From an uncultured Eubacteriales bacterium (lineage in GTDB: Bacteria; Bacillota; Clostridia; Oscillospirales; Ruminococcaceae), in assembly GCA_959605275.1 (NCBI GenBank), contig CAUHFD010000001.1, positions 1 to 51,301 on the forward strand: a stretch of DNA of 51,301 nucleotides. Reading direction: 5' to 3'. The stretch's first letter is position 1, and the number at the start of each line of letters is the position of its first letter. This document shows positions 7,180 to 16,925 of the stretch, piece by piece. A model generated the notes under the pieces. It saw only the letters and a program-made list of their open reading frames with translations. It ran no database searches and had not been told where the DNA came from. The position numbers and the translations under genes were made by a program.

Positions 7180-9273
7180 ATGGTGTTCCAGAAAAAGAAA
7201 TCTATCCGGACACTGAGTGTTTTAACACTTACTGCCATGTTGTTAACCTGCACCTTTGGGTGTGCTAAAAAGCCTGCTGATACAAGCTCTGTTTCCGGAG
7301 CCTCCTCTGTTGAAAGCAGTCTGAATGGGGAAGATAACAATTCCTTGTCAGAAGATTTTGACAGTTCTGACGCAGATGAAAGCGGATCTTCTGTTAGCAC
7401 GACAGGCTCCGGCAGTAATACATCATCTAAAAACAACAGCGGGCAAAATAATGGCAATACCAACAATTCGCAAGGCAACACCGGCACGCAGACGAAACAG
7501 TATCGTGATTATTTCAGTAATATCAGTTATCAAAATCCGATCCCGCGGTTGAAAAATTCGCCGTCATCTACGCCGATTGCAATTCAGCTAAATTCCTCTA
7601 TGCCGAGATGGCAGCGCTATATGCTGTCTGCCTTTGAAGGTCTTGCCAATCGAAAACAAGCACGCATTTATCTCAACTGGGAAGCATCTGACGCGGAATG
7701 GATGAGAAGATGGTCGGATAAATCTCTTTATGGTTTCCGTTTTCAAGAGAAATCCAGCACGGACGTTTACTCGATGATCATGAATGATGTTGATCACTAT
7801 AATGTAAAAGGTCTTTTGATTTATGACGAGTCGATTATCAACCAATCTACGTGGAGTATGCTGATCAATGTTTATACCGGTATTTGCGGGGCAGAAGATC
7901 TAATTCCGGTCCCGAGTAGTCAGAGAAATAATTTCAAGGATTTGCCGGTTGTATTTGATGCGACTCAAGGTGGCAAAAAACTTGGAAAATGGGACAGTGA
8001 GTCGGAAGCATATATTTGGGTGATCAATCAATACAAAACTTTGAGCAGAAAAGGTGCGCCCATGGCACATCAGCATCCGAGCTGTTTGCGTGAGGTGGAT
8101 TATTATGTTCAAAATAAAATGATCCCGATTTTCTATTGGAATGGGATGACACAAGCCGTTAAGGATAAATTCAGAGAAGTTTTTCTGTCTACCGGAACCA
8201 ACGGTTTGATTGTAGGATGTTGGGACATCCCGACTTATAACGATCCGTATTCAGCGGAGCGCGGGAAACCCGGAGTCGGCGGCGCAATGAATTTTGTTAA
8301 AACAGACGGTGACATGTCCTGTGAGGAACATCGTTATCTGCATTTGATCAGCGGATACGGAAAGGCAACCTTGACAACGGCTGAAAAAGGCGTTCAGAAT
8401 ATGAGCTTCCAAGCAGGTATTCCGTTGAAGTATTCTAAACCTGCTGAAGTTCCGGCGAAACCTACCTATAACAAAAACAAGAATTACATGGCTTTGCACG
8501 TCTCTGACGGAGACAACATGTGTTATATCAATGAAGCGGTTGACGGAAGCTTTGGAATGACTACTTCCAGATGGTGGAGCGAAGCCAGCCGAGGCGTGGT
8601 TCCGGTTTCCTGGTCCATTGGTACAGGAGCGGCGGACTTGCTTCCCGGTGCGGTCAGCTACCTTTATTCTACAGCCACGGAAAATGACACCTTTGTATCG
8701 GCAACATCTGGTTGGGGTTATATTTTGATCAGTGCATACGGGAAGTTTTTGCCGAGCGGCACCGATCGTAATGCAGAACTCCAAAAATTCTATCGGACAA
8801 CCGGTACTTATCAGAAACGAATGGGTATTACCTCTCAACATGTACTTTGGAGTTATTATAAGGATTACGAAACCAATCGCAGTCAGGAGTTGGCTGATAT
8901 GAGGCTGATTGTTGCCGCGATTAAAGAAACCAATCCGTCGTTCTCCGGTTTGATTGCAGAATATGGTACGAATGACCGGAGAAATATTCCGGCGAAATAT
9001 CGGGTGGAGGACATTAACGGAACACCGATGTTTAATGCAGTAAACACCATTGAGAATCATTTGCTGCATGAGCAGACACAGGATACCTATTTGGTGAAGC
9101 TGGTCAATCATCTTAACGGATTAACCGCACAAGAGAAAAAGTTCATGCATGTATTTTGTACCAACTGGTTTGTACGCCCGAATTCTCTGGAGGAATTGGT
9201 GAATCGCATGGGCAGCGGCTACGAAGCGGTTCCGGCAAATTATCTGGGCGATCTTTGGAAACAAGCGAAATAG
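7180..9273 (+). CDS. large lipoprotein of unknown function; possibly a GxGYxYP-type putative glycoside hydrolase
   Basis: Signal peptide with a Cys (LLTCTFGCAKK). S/N/G-rich low-complexity linker (aa ~35-105), then a ~590-aa globular region containing SGWGYILISAYG and HVSDGDNMCY. Confidence 0.45.
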   Translation: MVFQKKKSIRTLSVLTLTAMLLTCTFGCAKKPADTSSVSGASSVESSLNGEDNNSLSEDFDSSDADESGSSVSTTGSGSNTSSKNNSGQNNGNTNNSQGNTGTQTKQYRDYFSNISYQNPIPRLKNSPSSTPIAIQLNSSMPRWQRYMLSAFEGLANRKQARIYLNWEASDAEWMRRWSDKSLYGFRFQEKSSTDVYSMIMNDVDHYNVKGLLIYDESIINQSTWSMLINVYTGICGAEDLIPVPSSQRNNFKDLPVVFDATQGGKKLGKWDSESEAYIWVINQYKTLSRKGAPMAHQHPSCLREVDYYVQNKMIPIFYWNGMTQAVKDKFREVFLSTGTNGLIVGCWDIPTYNDPYSAERGKPGVGGAMNFVKTDGDMSCEEHRYLHLISGYGKATLTTAEKGVQNMSFQAGIPLKYSKPAEVPAKPTYNKNKNYMALHVSDGDNMCYINEAVDGSFGMTTSRWWSEASRGVVPVSWSIGTGAADLLPGAVSYLYSTATENDTFVSATSGWGYILISAYGKFLPSGTDRNAELQKFYRTTGTYQKRMGITSQHVLWSYYKDYETNRSQELADMRLIVAAIKETNPSFSGLIAEYGTNDRRNIPAKYRVEDINGTPMFNAVNTIENHLLHEQTQDTYLVKLVNHLNGLTAQEKKFMHVFCTNWFVRPNSLEELVNRMGSGYEAVPANYLGDLWKQAK

Positions 9274-9305
9274 TGATCTTTCAAAATCCGATTTATGCGA
9301 AAGGA

Positions 9306-10271
9306 ATGGTCAAGGAAATGAACGGAAAGAATACGGTGACCGAAAAAATTCAGAATAACCGTTTGATCAGTAAATACACAAGCAAAAAAGGCGTCATCTG
9401 GATTCTGTATAAAATAGTCAGAGCGGTTATCGTAATTGGTATTTGTTTTATGATCATATATCCTTTTTTGATGAAATTTATTGTTGCGTTTATGTCTGAA
9501 GCGGATTTGTATGATCCTACGGTTCGTTACCTGCCACGTCACTTTTCGCTGGAAAACATCCAATATGTTTTGAATAAGATTGATTGGCTGCATACCGTTC
9601 CGGTCAGCCTGCTGCTTTGTGTGGTGGTGACGCTTTTAACGATAGGCAGTTGTACCACGATTGCATATGGTTTTGCACGGTTCGATTTTTGGGGAAATAA
9701 AATTTTGTTTGCCATGGTCATTTTCACGTTGATTGTTCCGCCGCAAACGATGGTTTTGGCAATCTTTATGAGGTTCAAGGATTTTGATGTGGCGGGTTTA
9801 ATCAATCTTATAACAGGTCATCCGCTTAACTTACTGAACACTTATGTGCCGTTTATTTTGATGAGCATGCTGGGCGTCGGGTTTCGGAACGGACTTTATA
9901 TTTTTCTTCTGCGTCAGTATTTTCGCGGTGTTCCGAGAGTGCTGGATGAGGCGGCGGCAATTGACGGCGCCTCTACATTCCGCATTTTTGTTCAAATTAT
10001 TCTGCCCGGTGCGGTTCCGATGATGGTTACAGTCGGCATGTTTGCTTTCGCATGGCAGTGGACAGATACGTTTTATTCCTCGCTTTTGGCACCGCAAAGC
10101 AATCTGGTTACGGTGGTCATGCCGACGATTACGGCATATATGGATCAAATTATGTCATCTATGGTAAAAAATACGGGGACCTTTTTACTGGTGATTCCGT
10201 TGATCCTGCTTTATATTGTTTCTCAGCGATTTATGGTAGAGGGAATCGAAAGAAGCGGTATTGTCGGATAA
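9306..10271 (+). CDS. sugar ABC transporter permease (MalG/LplC-like; G2 of locus A)
   Basis: EAA loop LDEAAAIDGASTFRIFVQIILPGAVP and six predicted TM segments. The ORF-track start at 9156 overlaps the upstream gene, so in-frame ATG 9306 (or 9318) just after the stop at 9273 was chosen. Confidence 0.8.
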   Translation: MVKEMNGKNTVTEKIQNNRLISKYTSKKGVIWILYKIVRAVIVIGICFMIIYPFLMKFIVAFMSEADLYDPTVRYLPRHFSLENIQYVLNKIDWLHTVPVSLLLCVVVTLLTIGSCTTIAYGFARFDFWGNKILFAMVIFTLIVPPQTMVLAIFMRFKDFDVAGLINLITGHPLNLLNTYVPFILMSMLGVGFRNGLYIFLLRQYFRGVPRVLDEAAAIDGASTFRIFVQIILPGAVPMMVTVGMFAFAWQWTDTFYSSLLAPQSNLVTVVMPTITAYMDQIMSSMVKNTGTFLLVIPLILLYIVSQRFMVEGIERSGIVG

Positions 10272-10324
10272 TCCATGAAACGGAGTAAACCCTAAAAAAT
10301 TTCGAAAGGGATGGGTTGTAAATC

Positions 10325-11815
10325 ATGAAATTAAGAAGATGCTTAGCGGGAGCTTGTATTGCTGCGATATTAATATCCACTTTCGCAAGCTGCGGCGGAG
10401 ACTCTAAAGAACCGACGAACTCCGGTTCTTCCTCCTCGACTCCGTCTGTTACTGATTCTGCGGAAATGGAAAAAATGCGAAATGAAATTTTAAAAGATGT
10501 CACTTTTGAGGAAAGAGAAGCAGAAAAAGACAGCTACGATTTCGGCGGCAAAACCGTCATTATCGGATCTCCCTGGATTCATGAGCTGTTTTTGGAGCCC
10601 GGTACAACAGAAGCCGGAGACAAATGGTTGGCACGAGTAAAAGAAGTTGAAGATAAATACAACGTAAAAATTAAAACTGTATCAACGGAATATGGTTATT
10701 TCTGCGACCAATTAATGACGGCGGCACAGGCAAATACCAAATTTGCTGATATTATTGAACTGGATTCCAGATGGCTGGCGATCCTGGGATATCCCGGCTA
10801 TATCAAGCCGCTCAATAAGGTAAAAACAGGCATTAATATTAAAGATGCCAAATGGCATCCGACACAACTGCGTGCCAGCAAACAGAATAAGAATATTTAC
10901 GGCGTAAAAAAAGATCCGGTCGAAATGCAGAATGTTGTATTTTGGAATAAAACTTTATTTTCGGAACAAGGTTTGCCGAATCTATATGAGCTGGTCGAAA
11001 AGAAAGAATGGACCTGGGATAAAATGAAGGAAATCGCCGTACAGGCAACGAAGGACAGCGATAACGACGGAACACCGGATCAATGGGGCTTCGGCGGGTG
11101 TGAAACGGAAAGAAGCTTCATTCTGTCTAACGGAGGCAGCATCATGAAAGAAACTGCGGACGGAAAGATGGAATTTACGATGAACAATCCGGCTACCATT
11201 GAAGGTCTCGATTTCTTACAGGATTTGATGTATAAAACGAAATGTATGGAAGTAGTAGACGTTAACGCTGACTGGCGGTATCAGTGCGATCCGCAGTTTA
11301 TGAATCGTGTTTATGCAATGGTCAGCTTCCCGTTTTACGGAGCGGATGTCTGGTTCCAGTATATGGAAGATGATTGGGGCGTTGTACCTTTCCCGATCGG
11401 ACCGAAAATGGACGATTATATTATTCCGGCAGAGTACAATCGTAACTGGGCGCTCACCAACAACAATCCGGATGAAGAAATGGCAAGCGTTGTGATGGAT
11501 GCGCTATTTTCTCCGTATGCGGACGAAACGGCAGATTCATGGAAAGATCGTTACACCGAAGTGCTGCGTGACGAAGAATCCATGCATATTATTGAGCAGT
11601 TGCTTTCAGGAGATCATTTTGTTCTGGATATTACGGGATATTTCCCGAAAGTGGGCACCAGTTCTGATATTATCGGCTGGTACAAGAGTGCCAATAATTG
11701 TATTTATTATAATGTTTATACCAATCGAAAAACACCTGCTGCCGCAATTGCAGAAAAACAAGACCAAGCAAAAACGTTAATAGACGATTTCTTTAAAGAT
11801 ATAAAATTACAATAG
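10325..11815 (+). CDS. extracellular solute-binding lipoprotein, sugar ABC transporter (LplA-like, ~500 aa; SBP2 of locus A)
   Basis: Lipobox ISTFASCGGDSK, S-rich linker, SBP family-1 length and pattern. Paralogous to 39195-40820 (KEWTWDKMKEI vs GQWTWDKFEEV). Confidence 0.75.
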   Translation: MKLRRCLAGACIAAILISTFASCGGDSKEPTNSGSSSSTPSVTDSAEMEKMRNEILKDVTFEEREAEKDSYDFGGKTVIIGSPWIHELFLEPGTTEAGDKWLARVKEVEDKYNVKIKTVSTEYGYFCDQLMTAAQANTKFADIIELDSRWLAILGYPGYIKPLNKVKTGINIKDAKWHPTQLRASKQNKNIYGVKKDPVEMQNVVFWNKTLFSEQGLPNLYELVEKKEWTWDKMKEIAVQATKDSDNDGTPDQWGFGGCETERSFILSNGGSIMKETADGKMEFTMNNPATIEGLDFLQDLMYKTKCMEVVDVNADWRYQCDPQFMNRVYAMVSFPFYGADVWFQYMEDDWGVVPFPIGPKMDDYIIPAEYNRNWALTNNNPDEEMASVVMDALFSPYADETADSWKDRYTEVLRDEESMHIIEQLLSGDHFVLDITGYFPKVGTSSDIIGWYKSANNCIYYNVYTNRKTPAAAIAEKQDQAKTLIDDFFKDIKLQ

Positions 11816-11833
11816 TTTTAGGAGCAAGGTATC

Positions 11834-13825
11834 ATGATAAGACGTTCAGAGTCGTTTTTTGGGCTGCACTTGGATTTGCATCCCACCAATGAGGATGTAA
11901 ACCTTGGTGCTGATTTATCGGAAGAAAATATCCGGAAATTGATTCGAGAGGTAAATCCTGATTATATTACTTATGATTGTAAAGGTCATCCCGGATATGC
12001 CGGTTATCCGACCGAGGTCGGAGTGGCCGCGCCAAATATTCAGCAAGACAGCCTCGCGATTTGGAGAAAGGTCACGAAGGAATTTGATAAACCGCTTGCA
12101 ATTCATTATTCCGGTGTGCAGGATTGGATTGAAGTGAGAAATCATCCGGAGTGGGGCGCACAGTCTGCAGACGGCAGGACAGATGCGGTAACCACCAGTA
12201 CTTTTGGTGAATATGTTGATAAGTTATTGATTCCGCAGCTCAAAGAGCTGGTTGATAAATATGATATCAACGGTGTTTGGCTGGACGGAGAATGTTGGGG
12301 CGCACAACTTGATTATTCTCCGATGGCAATAAAAGCCTGGAAAGAGGAAACGGGTGAAGATTTTCCGCCGACGGATAAAAATGATCCTCGTTTTGAGGAT
12401 TACAAAAATTTCAATCGACGGAATTTCGAGAAATATTTGTGTCATTGGACAGAAGAAATGCACAAATACAAAGCGGATCTGGATTGCTGCAGCAATTGGT
12501 CTTATACTACTATGATGCCGAAGCCTAAGGCCGCACAGGTCGATATGATTTCGGGCGATTTCGACCCGTTTTTATCGGTGGATCGCGCGCGCACAGAGTG
12601 CAGATATTTGCAGAACACCGGTCTGCCGTGGGAACTCCAATCATGGGCTTTTGATTGTATCAAGGATCAGGATGAATGCGCAAAAATGCCTGCACAGATC
12701 AAACAGGAAGCGGCAGTAGTTATGATGCATGGCGGCGGGTATATGAATTATTATCTTCCGACCAGAGGCGGTTACATAAACGATCAGATCATTGAGACAG
12801 CAAAAGAAATTGCAGAATTTTGTTTTGCCAGAAAGTCGGTGGCTTACCGAAGCACACCGGTTCCTCAGGTTGCCGTTTTATATCCTACGGAAAGTCAGCT
12901 TCGCCGTTCCGATCGGCTTTACGCTTGGTGGGGCAATCCGCTTGTAGAAGTGGAGGGCGTTTTGCACGCGATGTTGGAGTCTCAATATTCCTGTGATGTG
13001 ATGGCAGAACACCAAATTATGGATAAGATGTCGGATTATCCGTATATTATTATCCCGGAATGCAATGTGCTTTCGGATGCCTTTATTCATAAGGCGATCG
13101 AGTATGTAGAAAACGGCGGCAGTTTATTCTTATGCGGGCTCAAATGTACCAGATTGTTTGAACCCTATATCGGAGCAACCATCGGCGCAAGTAGCTATGT
13201 AAATACCAGTATGGTGACACCGTCAGGGCGTAAAATTTCTGCCCGTGCAGAATGGGCAGAGCCGGAGCTTTCCTGCGCAGAGCCCTTGATTTATCGTTAT
13301 CAGGGAGAAGGCAATGTTTGCCGCAGCTCCTATTTGGATGTTCGTGAAAGCGGTGTCAGCCCTATTACCAGCCGGTATATCCACAAATATCCTGCAATCA
13401 CTGTGAATAAAATCGGTAAAGGTAAACTTGCGGCAGCATATGCAGATCTTGCCAGTTTGTATTTCAACAATCATCATCCGTATATTCGGGAAATTTTTAG
13501 TTCGGTGGCAAAAGAACTCTTTCCGAATCCGGCAGTGCGAGTGGAATCGCCTTATACGGTTGATATATCACTCAGACATACAGCGGCAGGAGAGCTTTGT
13601 GTACATCTAATGAATACCACAAATATGCCGACAGGTGACCGTCGTTCGTTTACGGACTATATTCCGGAAGTTCACAATTTGAAAATCATGATACAAACGG
13701 CGTCAAAGCCGGAAAAGATCGTCTTTGAGCCAGAGGGAACCGAACTCCCGTTTACTTATCATGACGGAATGGCAGAAGTGACACTGCCGAAGCTTCATAT
13801 TCACGGGGCTGTTGTGCTTCGGTAG
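11834..13825 (+). CDS. cytoplasmic putative glycoside hydrolase, family unassigned (TIM-barrel-like N-terminus)
   Basis: No signal peptide. FFGLHLDLHPT...DYITYDCKGHPGYAGYPTEVG...NGVWLDGECWG resembles uncharacterised GH-like (GHL / GH29-like) families I cannot place precisely. AGGAG SD upstream. Confidence 0.4.
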   Translation: MIRRSESFFGLHLDLHPTNEDVNLGADLSEENIRKLIREVNPDYITYDCKGHPGYAGYPTEVGVAAPNIQQDSLAIWRKVTKEFDKPLAIHYSGVQDWIEVRNHPEWGAQSADGRTDAVTTSTFGEYVDKLLIPQLKELVDKYDINGVWLDGECWGAQLDYSPMAIKAWKEETGEDFPPTDKNDPRFEDYKNFNRRNFEKYLCHWTEEMHKYKADLDCCSNWSYTTMMPKPKAAQVDMISGDFDPFLSVDRARTECRYLQNTGLPWELQSWAFDCIKDQDECAKMPAQIKQEAAVVMMHGGGYMNYYLPTRGGYINDQIIETAKEIAEFCFARKSVAYRSTPVPQVAVLYPTESQLRRSDRLYAWWGNPLVEVEGVLHAMLESQYSCDVMAEHQIMDKMSDYPYIIIPECNVLSDAFIHKAIEYVENGGSLFLCGLKCTRLFEPYIGATIGASSYVNTSMVTPSGRKISARAEWAEPELSCAEPLIYRYQGEGNVCRSSYLDVRESGVSPITSRYIHKYPAITVNKIGKGKLAAAYADLASLYFNNHHPYIREIFSSVAKELFPNPAVRVESPYTVDISLRHTAAGELCVHLMNTTNMPTGDRRSFTDYIPEVHNLKIMIQTASKPEKIVFEPEGTELPFTYHDGMAEVTLPKLHIHGAVVLR

Positions 13826-13850
13826 CTGTAAAGCAGTACAGATAGGCAGA

Positions 13851-13875
13851 GCGAAAAAGGAATTTCCTTTTTCGC
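13851..13875 (+). other. perfect 12-bp palindromic hairpin downstream of 11834-13825 (weak terminator candidate)
   Basis: GCGAAAAAGGAA-T-TTCCTTTTTCGC. The following sequence is only moderately T-rich. Confidence 0.4.
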
Positions 13876-13997
13876 ACTGTCTGTCTCTTTCCGAAAACCG
13901 GGCGGCTGTTTTAAGCCGTATCAAGTATATGAAGGGTGGGCATGGCATAGATGCGGTTATGCTTTTGTAAAGCATGGCAGCATAGAACGCCTTAAAC

Positions 13998-16901
13998 ATG
14001 AAGTTGAGAAAAGGTTTCTTAAAAGCAGACTCGCTCATTTTATCTATGCTGTTTGTATTGAGCGTATTTGCGTTCAACGGGTCGTCGGCTTTTGCAGAGG
14101 AAGCAAATCAAACAACAGAAACTTTGCAATCTCAGGACGAATATTCTTATGCCGATTATCAAAAAGAACACAGTGCACAGAAAGCGGCTGAATCTGAAAT
14201 CGTATTGGATCCGCTTCAGTATCAAAATGCAGAACATGTGAAGTCGGAAGAAACCGACGGAAAACTGGCGCTGACTACCGAAGAAAACAGTACGGTGACT
14301 TATGAGTTTGAGTCCCCGGAAGATGGTTTGTATCATTTGATTTTAGAATATTATCCTTTATTAGGTAAAAATACAAAAATTGAGCGAAAGCTGTATATTG
14401 ACGGAAAAATATTGTTCGATGAACTTGGACGAATCGAATTAAATCGAATTTATAAGGATCAAGAGCCTGCCATAGAGAAAGATACCAACGGAAATGAATA
14501 TTTTAACGGATTGATAGAAGCAGCACAGTGGATTTCGTATGCAATTGAGGATAGTTACGGTTACTATAAAGATCCATTTCAGTTTTATCTTGCCAAAGGT
14601 AAGCATACCTTAACGATAGAATCTGTGAAAGAGCCGGTTGCAATTGGCGGAATCACTTTTAAAAATCTGCCGTCGGCACGGTCTTATGCCGAGGTCTTGA
14701 ATGAATGGAAAAAGAACGGGGCGACTGACGCTACCGAAAATCTGCCTATTCTTGAGGCGGAAAAGTCAGACAGAAAATCAGACTCTATCCTGACTCCAAC
14801 CTATGACCGGAATTCCAGCAAGACAACGCCGATATCCTGCGAGACGATTAAAATGAATATTATCAGTTCCGATAAGTGGCAGCAAGCAGGGCAATGGTTG
14901 GAATGGGAGATCGATGTCAAGCAAAGCGGATTATACAAAATGGCATTTCGGGTACGCCAGAATACTAATGATGGTATGCTGTGCACCAGAAAACTGTTGA
15001 TTGACGGGAATGTTCCTTTTGCCGAAGCGGAAAATATTACAGTGGGATATGATACCAAATGGCAGATCGTAACACTCGGAAAGGATCAAGAACCCTATTA
15101 TATCTATTTGGAAAAAGGACGGCATACGCTTCGTCTTCAGAATACGCTGGGAGAGACAGCGGAAGTTCTGGTCAAGGTAAACGGAATCTTGCAACAGCTG
15201 AATCAATGCTATCGTGAGATTATGATGATTACGGGAGCATCCCCCGATACTTATCGGGATTATAAACTGGATAAATTGATTCCTGATACGATTGAAAATC
15301 TAGGTAAACAATCTAAGGCTTTAGAAGAAGCCATGAACGACATGAGGGCGAAAACCGGAATAAAAGGTTCTTATCTCGCTCCGCTGGATCGTTTGATGAT
15401 TGAAACCAAAGAGATGAGTGAGGATCATACCCGAATTCCCAAGCTGTTTGATAGCTTTGAAAACAACATCGGTTCCTTGGCAGCTTGGATCACATCTTCT
15501 CAGGCGCAGCCGCTGGATATCGATAAGATTTATTTGGTGACGCCGGACTATGAGCTGCCGAAAGCAGAAGACAATTTTTTCGTTCAACTATGGCATGACG
15601 TCAAAGTGTTTATCAGTTCTTTCTTTAATAATGTAGACAAGTTTGATGCGGCAAATGAAAAGAAAAACATTAAGGTTTGGATCGGTTCAAGTGCTGCTGC
15701 CGGGCGCGATCAAGCACAGCTGATCAAGCGGATGATTGATTCAAAGTTTACGCCGCAAACCGGGATATCCGTTAATTTTGAGTTGGTGGCGGGCGGATCA
15801 TTGCTGCCGGCGTCCCTAAGCGGAAACGGCCCGGATGTCGCCATGTGGGTTGGTGCCACTGAAACCATGAATTATGCGTTTCGCGGTGCGGTAGAGGATA
15901 TTTCCAAATATGACGGATTCGATGAAATGAAAAGTCAGTTTTTGGACAGTGCGATATTACCTCTCAGCTATGACGGAAAGACATACGGACTGCCGGAGGC
16001 ACAGCAGTTTTCGGTGATGTTTTATCGAAAGGATATTTTGAATGAATTAAAGCTTTCGGTGCCGGAAACGTGGGACGATGTTTATAATATGCTTTCTACT
16101 TTACAGCGGAATAATATGAATTTTGCGCTTCCGGTTAGTTCATTCAGCACAAGCGAAGCATTGAGTGTTTCCAGTAATATTACCCCCGGCGTAAAAAGTT
16201 TTGCAATGTTGCTTTATCAAAACGGCGGTACACTTTATCGTGACGGAGGACGCTCGTCCGCGTTGGATGAGAAAGTGGCGATTGATACCTTTAAGCAATG
16301 GACGGATTTTTATAAAAACTATAAACTTCCGCTCTCTTATGATTTTGCCAACCGTTTTGCTATGGGAGAAATTCCGTTGGGTATTGCGGATTACGGTATG
16401 TATAACAATCTGATGATTTCATTCCCGGAAATAAAAGGCTTATGGGATTTCACCAGCGTTCCGGGTGTAAAGAAACCGGACGGCACCGTAGATCATTCCA
16501 CTACTTGCGACGTACAGTGCTGCATTATGATGTCCAAAGCAAAAGATAAAGAATCAGCGTGGGAGTTTATGAAGTTTTGGACATCTTCCGAACAGCAGAT
16601 CGAATTCGGCAGAGATATTGAAGCATTGCTCGGACCGAGCGGACGGTGGCCCTCCGCAAATATTGAGGCAGTAAAACAGATCCCTTGGAAAACAAATGAT
16701 TTAAACAATCTGATGGCACAGTGGAAATGGGTAAAAGGCATTCCGGAGGTGCCGGGCGGTTATTATACAATTCGTTACCTTGATTTCTCTTTCCGCAGCG
16801 TTGCTTATAACAAACAGAATCAAAAAGATGTTTTGCTGGATAATGTTCGTATTATTAACAACGAGCTTTCCACCAAGCGAGAAGAATTCGGTTATGATTG
16901 A
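13998..16901 (+). CDS. giant (967 aa) extracellular solute-binding protein: two tandem beta-sandwich (CBM-like) modules, a helical linker and an SBP family-1 domain
   Basis: Signal peptide. Internal repeat (GLYHLILEYYP...RKLYIDGKILFDE...FYLAKGKHTLTIESV vs GLYKMAFRVRQN...RKLLIDGNVPFAE...IYLEKGRHTLRLQNT). The C-terminal half is SBP-like (YGLPEAQQFSVMFYRKDIL...WDDV). Paralog of 47574-50438. Confidence 0.75.
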   Translation: MKLRKGFLKADSLILSMLFVLSVFAFNGSSAFAEEANQTTETLQSQDEYSYADYQKEHSAQKAAESEIVLDPLQYQNAEHVKSEETDGKLALTTEENSTVTYEFESPEDGLYHLILEYYPLLGKNTKIERKLYIDGKILFDELGRIELNRIYKDQEPAIEKDTNGNEYFNGLIEAAQWISYAIEDSYGYYKDPFQFYLAKGKHTLTIESVKEPVAIGGITFKNLPSARSYAEVLNEWKKNGATDATENLPILEAEKSDRKSDSILTPTYDRNSSKTTPISCETIKMNIISSDKWQQAGQWLEWEIDVKQSGLYKMAFRVRQNTNDGMLCTRKLLIDGNVPFAEAENITVGYDTKWQIVTLGKDQEPYYIYLEKGRHTLRLQNTLGETAEVLVKVNGILQQLNQCYREIMMITGASPDTYRDYKLDKLIPDTIENLGKQSKALEEAMNDMRAKTGIKGSYLAPLDRLMIETKEMSEDHTRIPKLFDSFENNIGSLAAWITSSQAQPLDIDKIYLVTPDYELPKAEDNFFVQLWHDVKVFISSFFNNVDKFDAANEKKNIKVWIGSSAAAGRDQAQLIKRMIDSKFTPQTGISVNFELVAGGSLLPASLSGNGPDVAMWVGATETMNYAFRGAVEDISKYDGFDEMKSQFLDSAILPLSYDGKTYGLPEAQQFSVMFYRKDILNELKLSVPETWDDVYNMLSTLQRNNMNFALPVSSFSTSEALSVSSNITPGVKSFAMLLYQNGGTLYRDGGRSSALDEKVAIDTFKQWTDFYKNYKLPLSYDFANRFAMGEIPLGIADYGMYNNLMISFPEIKGLWDFTSVPGVKKPDGTVDHSTTCDVQCCIMMSKAKDKESAWEFMKFWTSSEQQIEFGRDIEALLGPSGRWPSANIEAVKQIPWKTNDLNNLMAQWKWVKGIPEVPGGYYTIRYLDFSFRSVAYNKQNQKDVLLDNVRIINNELSTKREEFGYD

Positions 16902-16925
16902 TTCTCCGTCGAAATAAATTTTCCA

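Noticed and set aside
6570-7487. 305-aa minus-strand ORF spanning the end of one gene, the intergenic region and the start of the next.
   Set aside because: It is antisense to two well-supported plus-strand genes. Its sequence is the mirror of their S/T/E-rich low-complexity linkers. It crosses a terminator-like element and has no SD.
8251-9111. 286-aa minus-strand ORF.
   Set aside because: It is entirely antisense to the lipoprotein CDS. It is Arg/Cys/Ile-rich with no recognisable domain and no SD, which is typical of a shadow ORF.
9156-9305. N-terminal extensions in the ORF track. This one covers 9156-9305; the others are 34911-35015, 33347-33442, 34529-34591, 24678-24728 and 17956-17973.
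   Set aside because: The extensions overlap upstream genes or run through promoters and hairpins, and they lack SDs. Internal ATGs with GGAGG/GAAAGG sites and paralog alignments give better starts.
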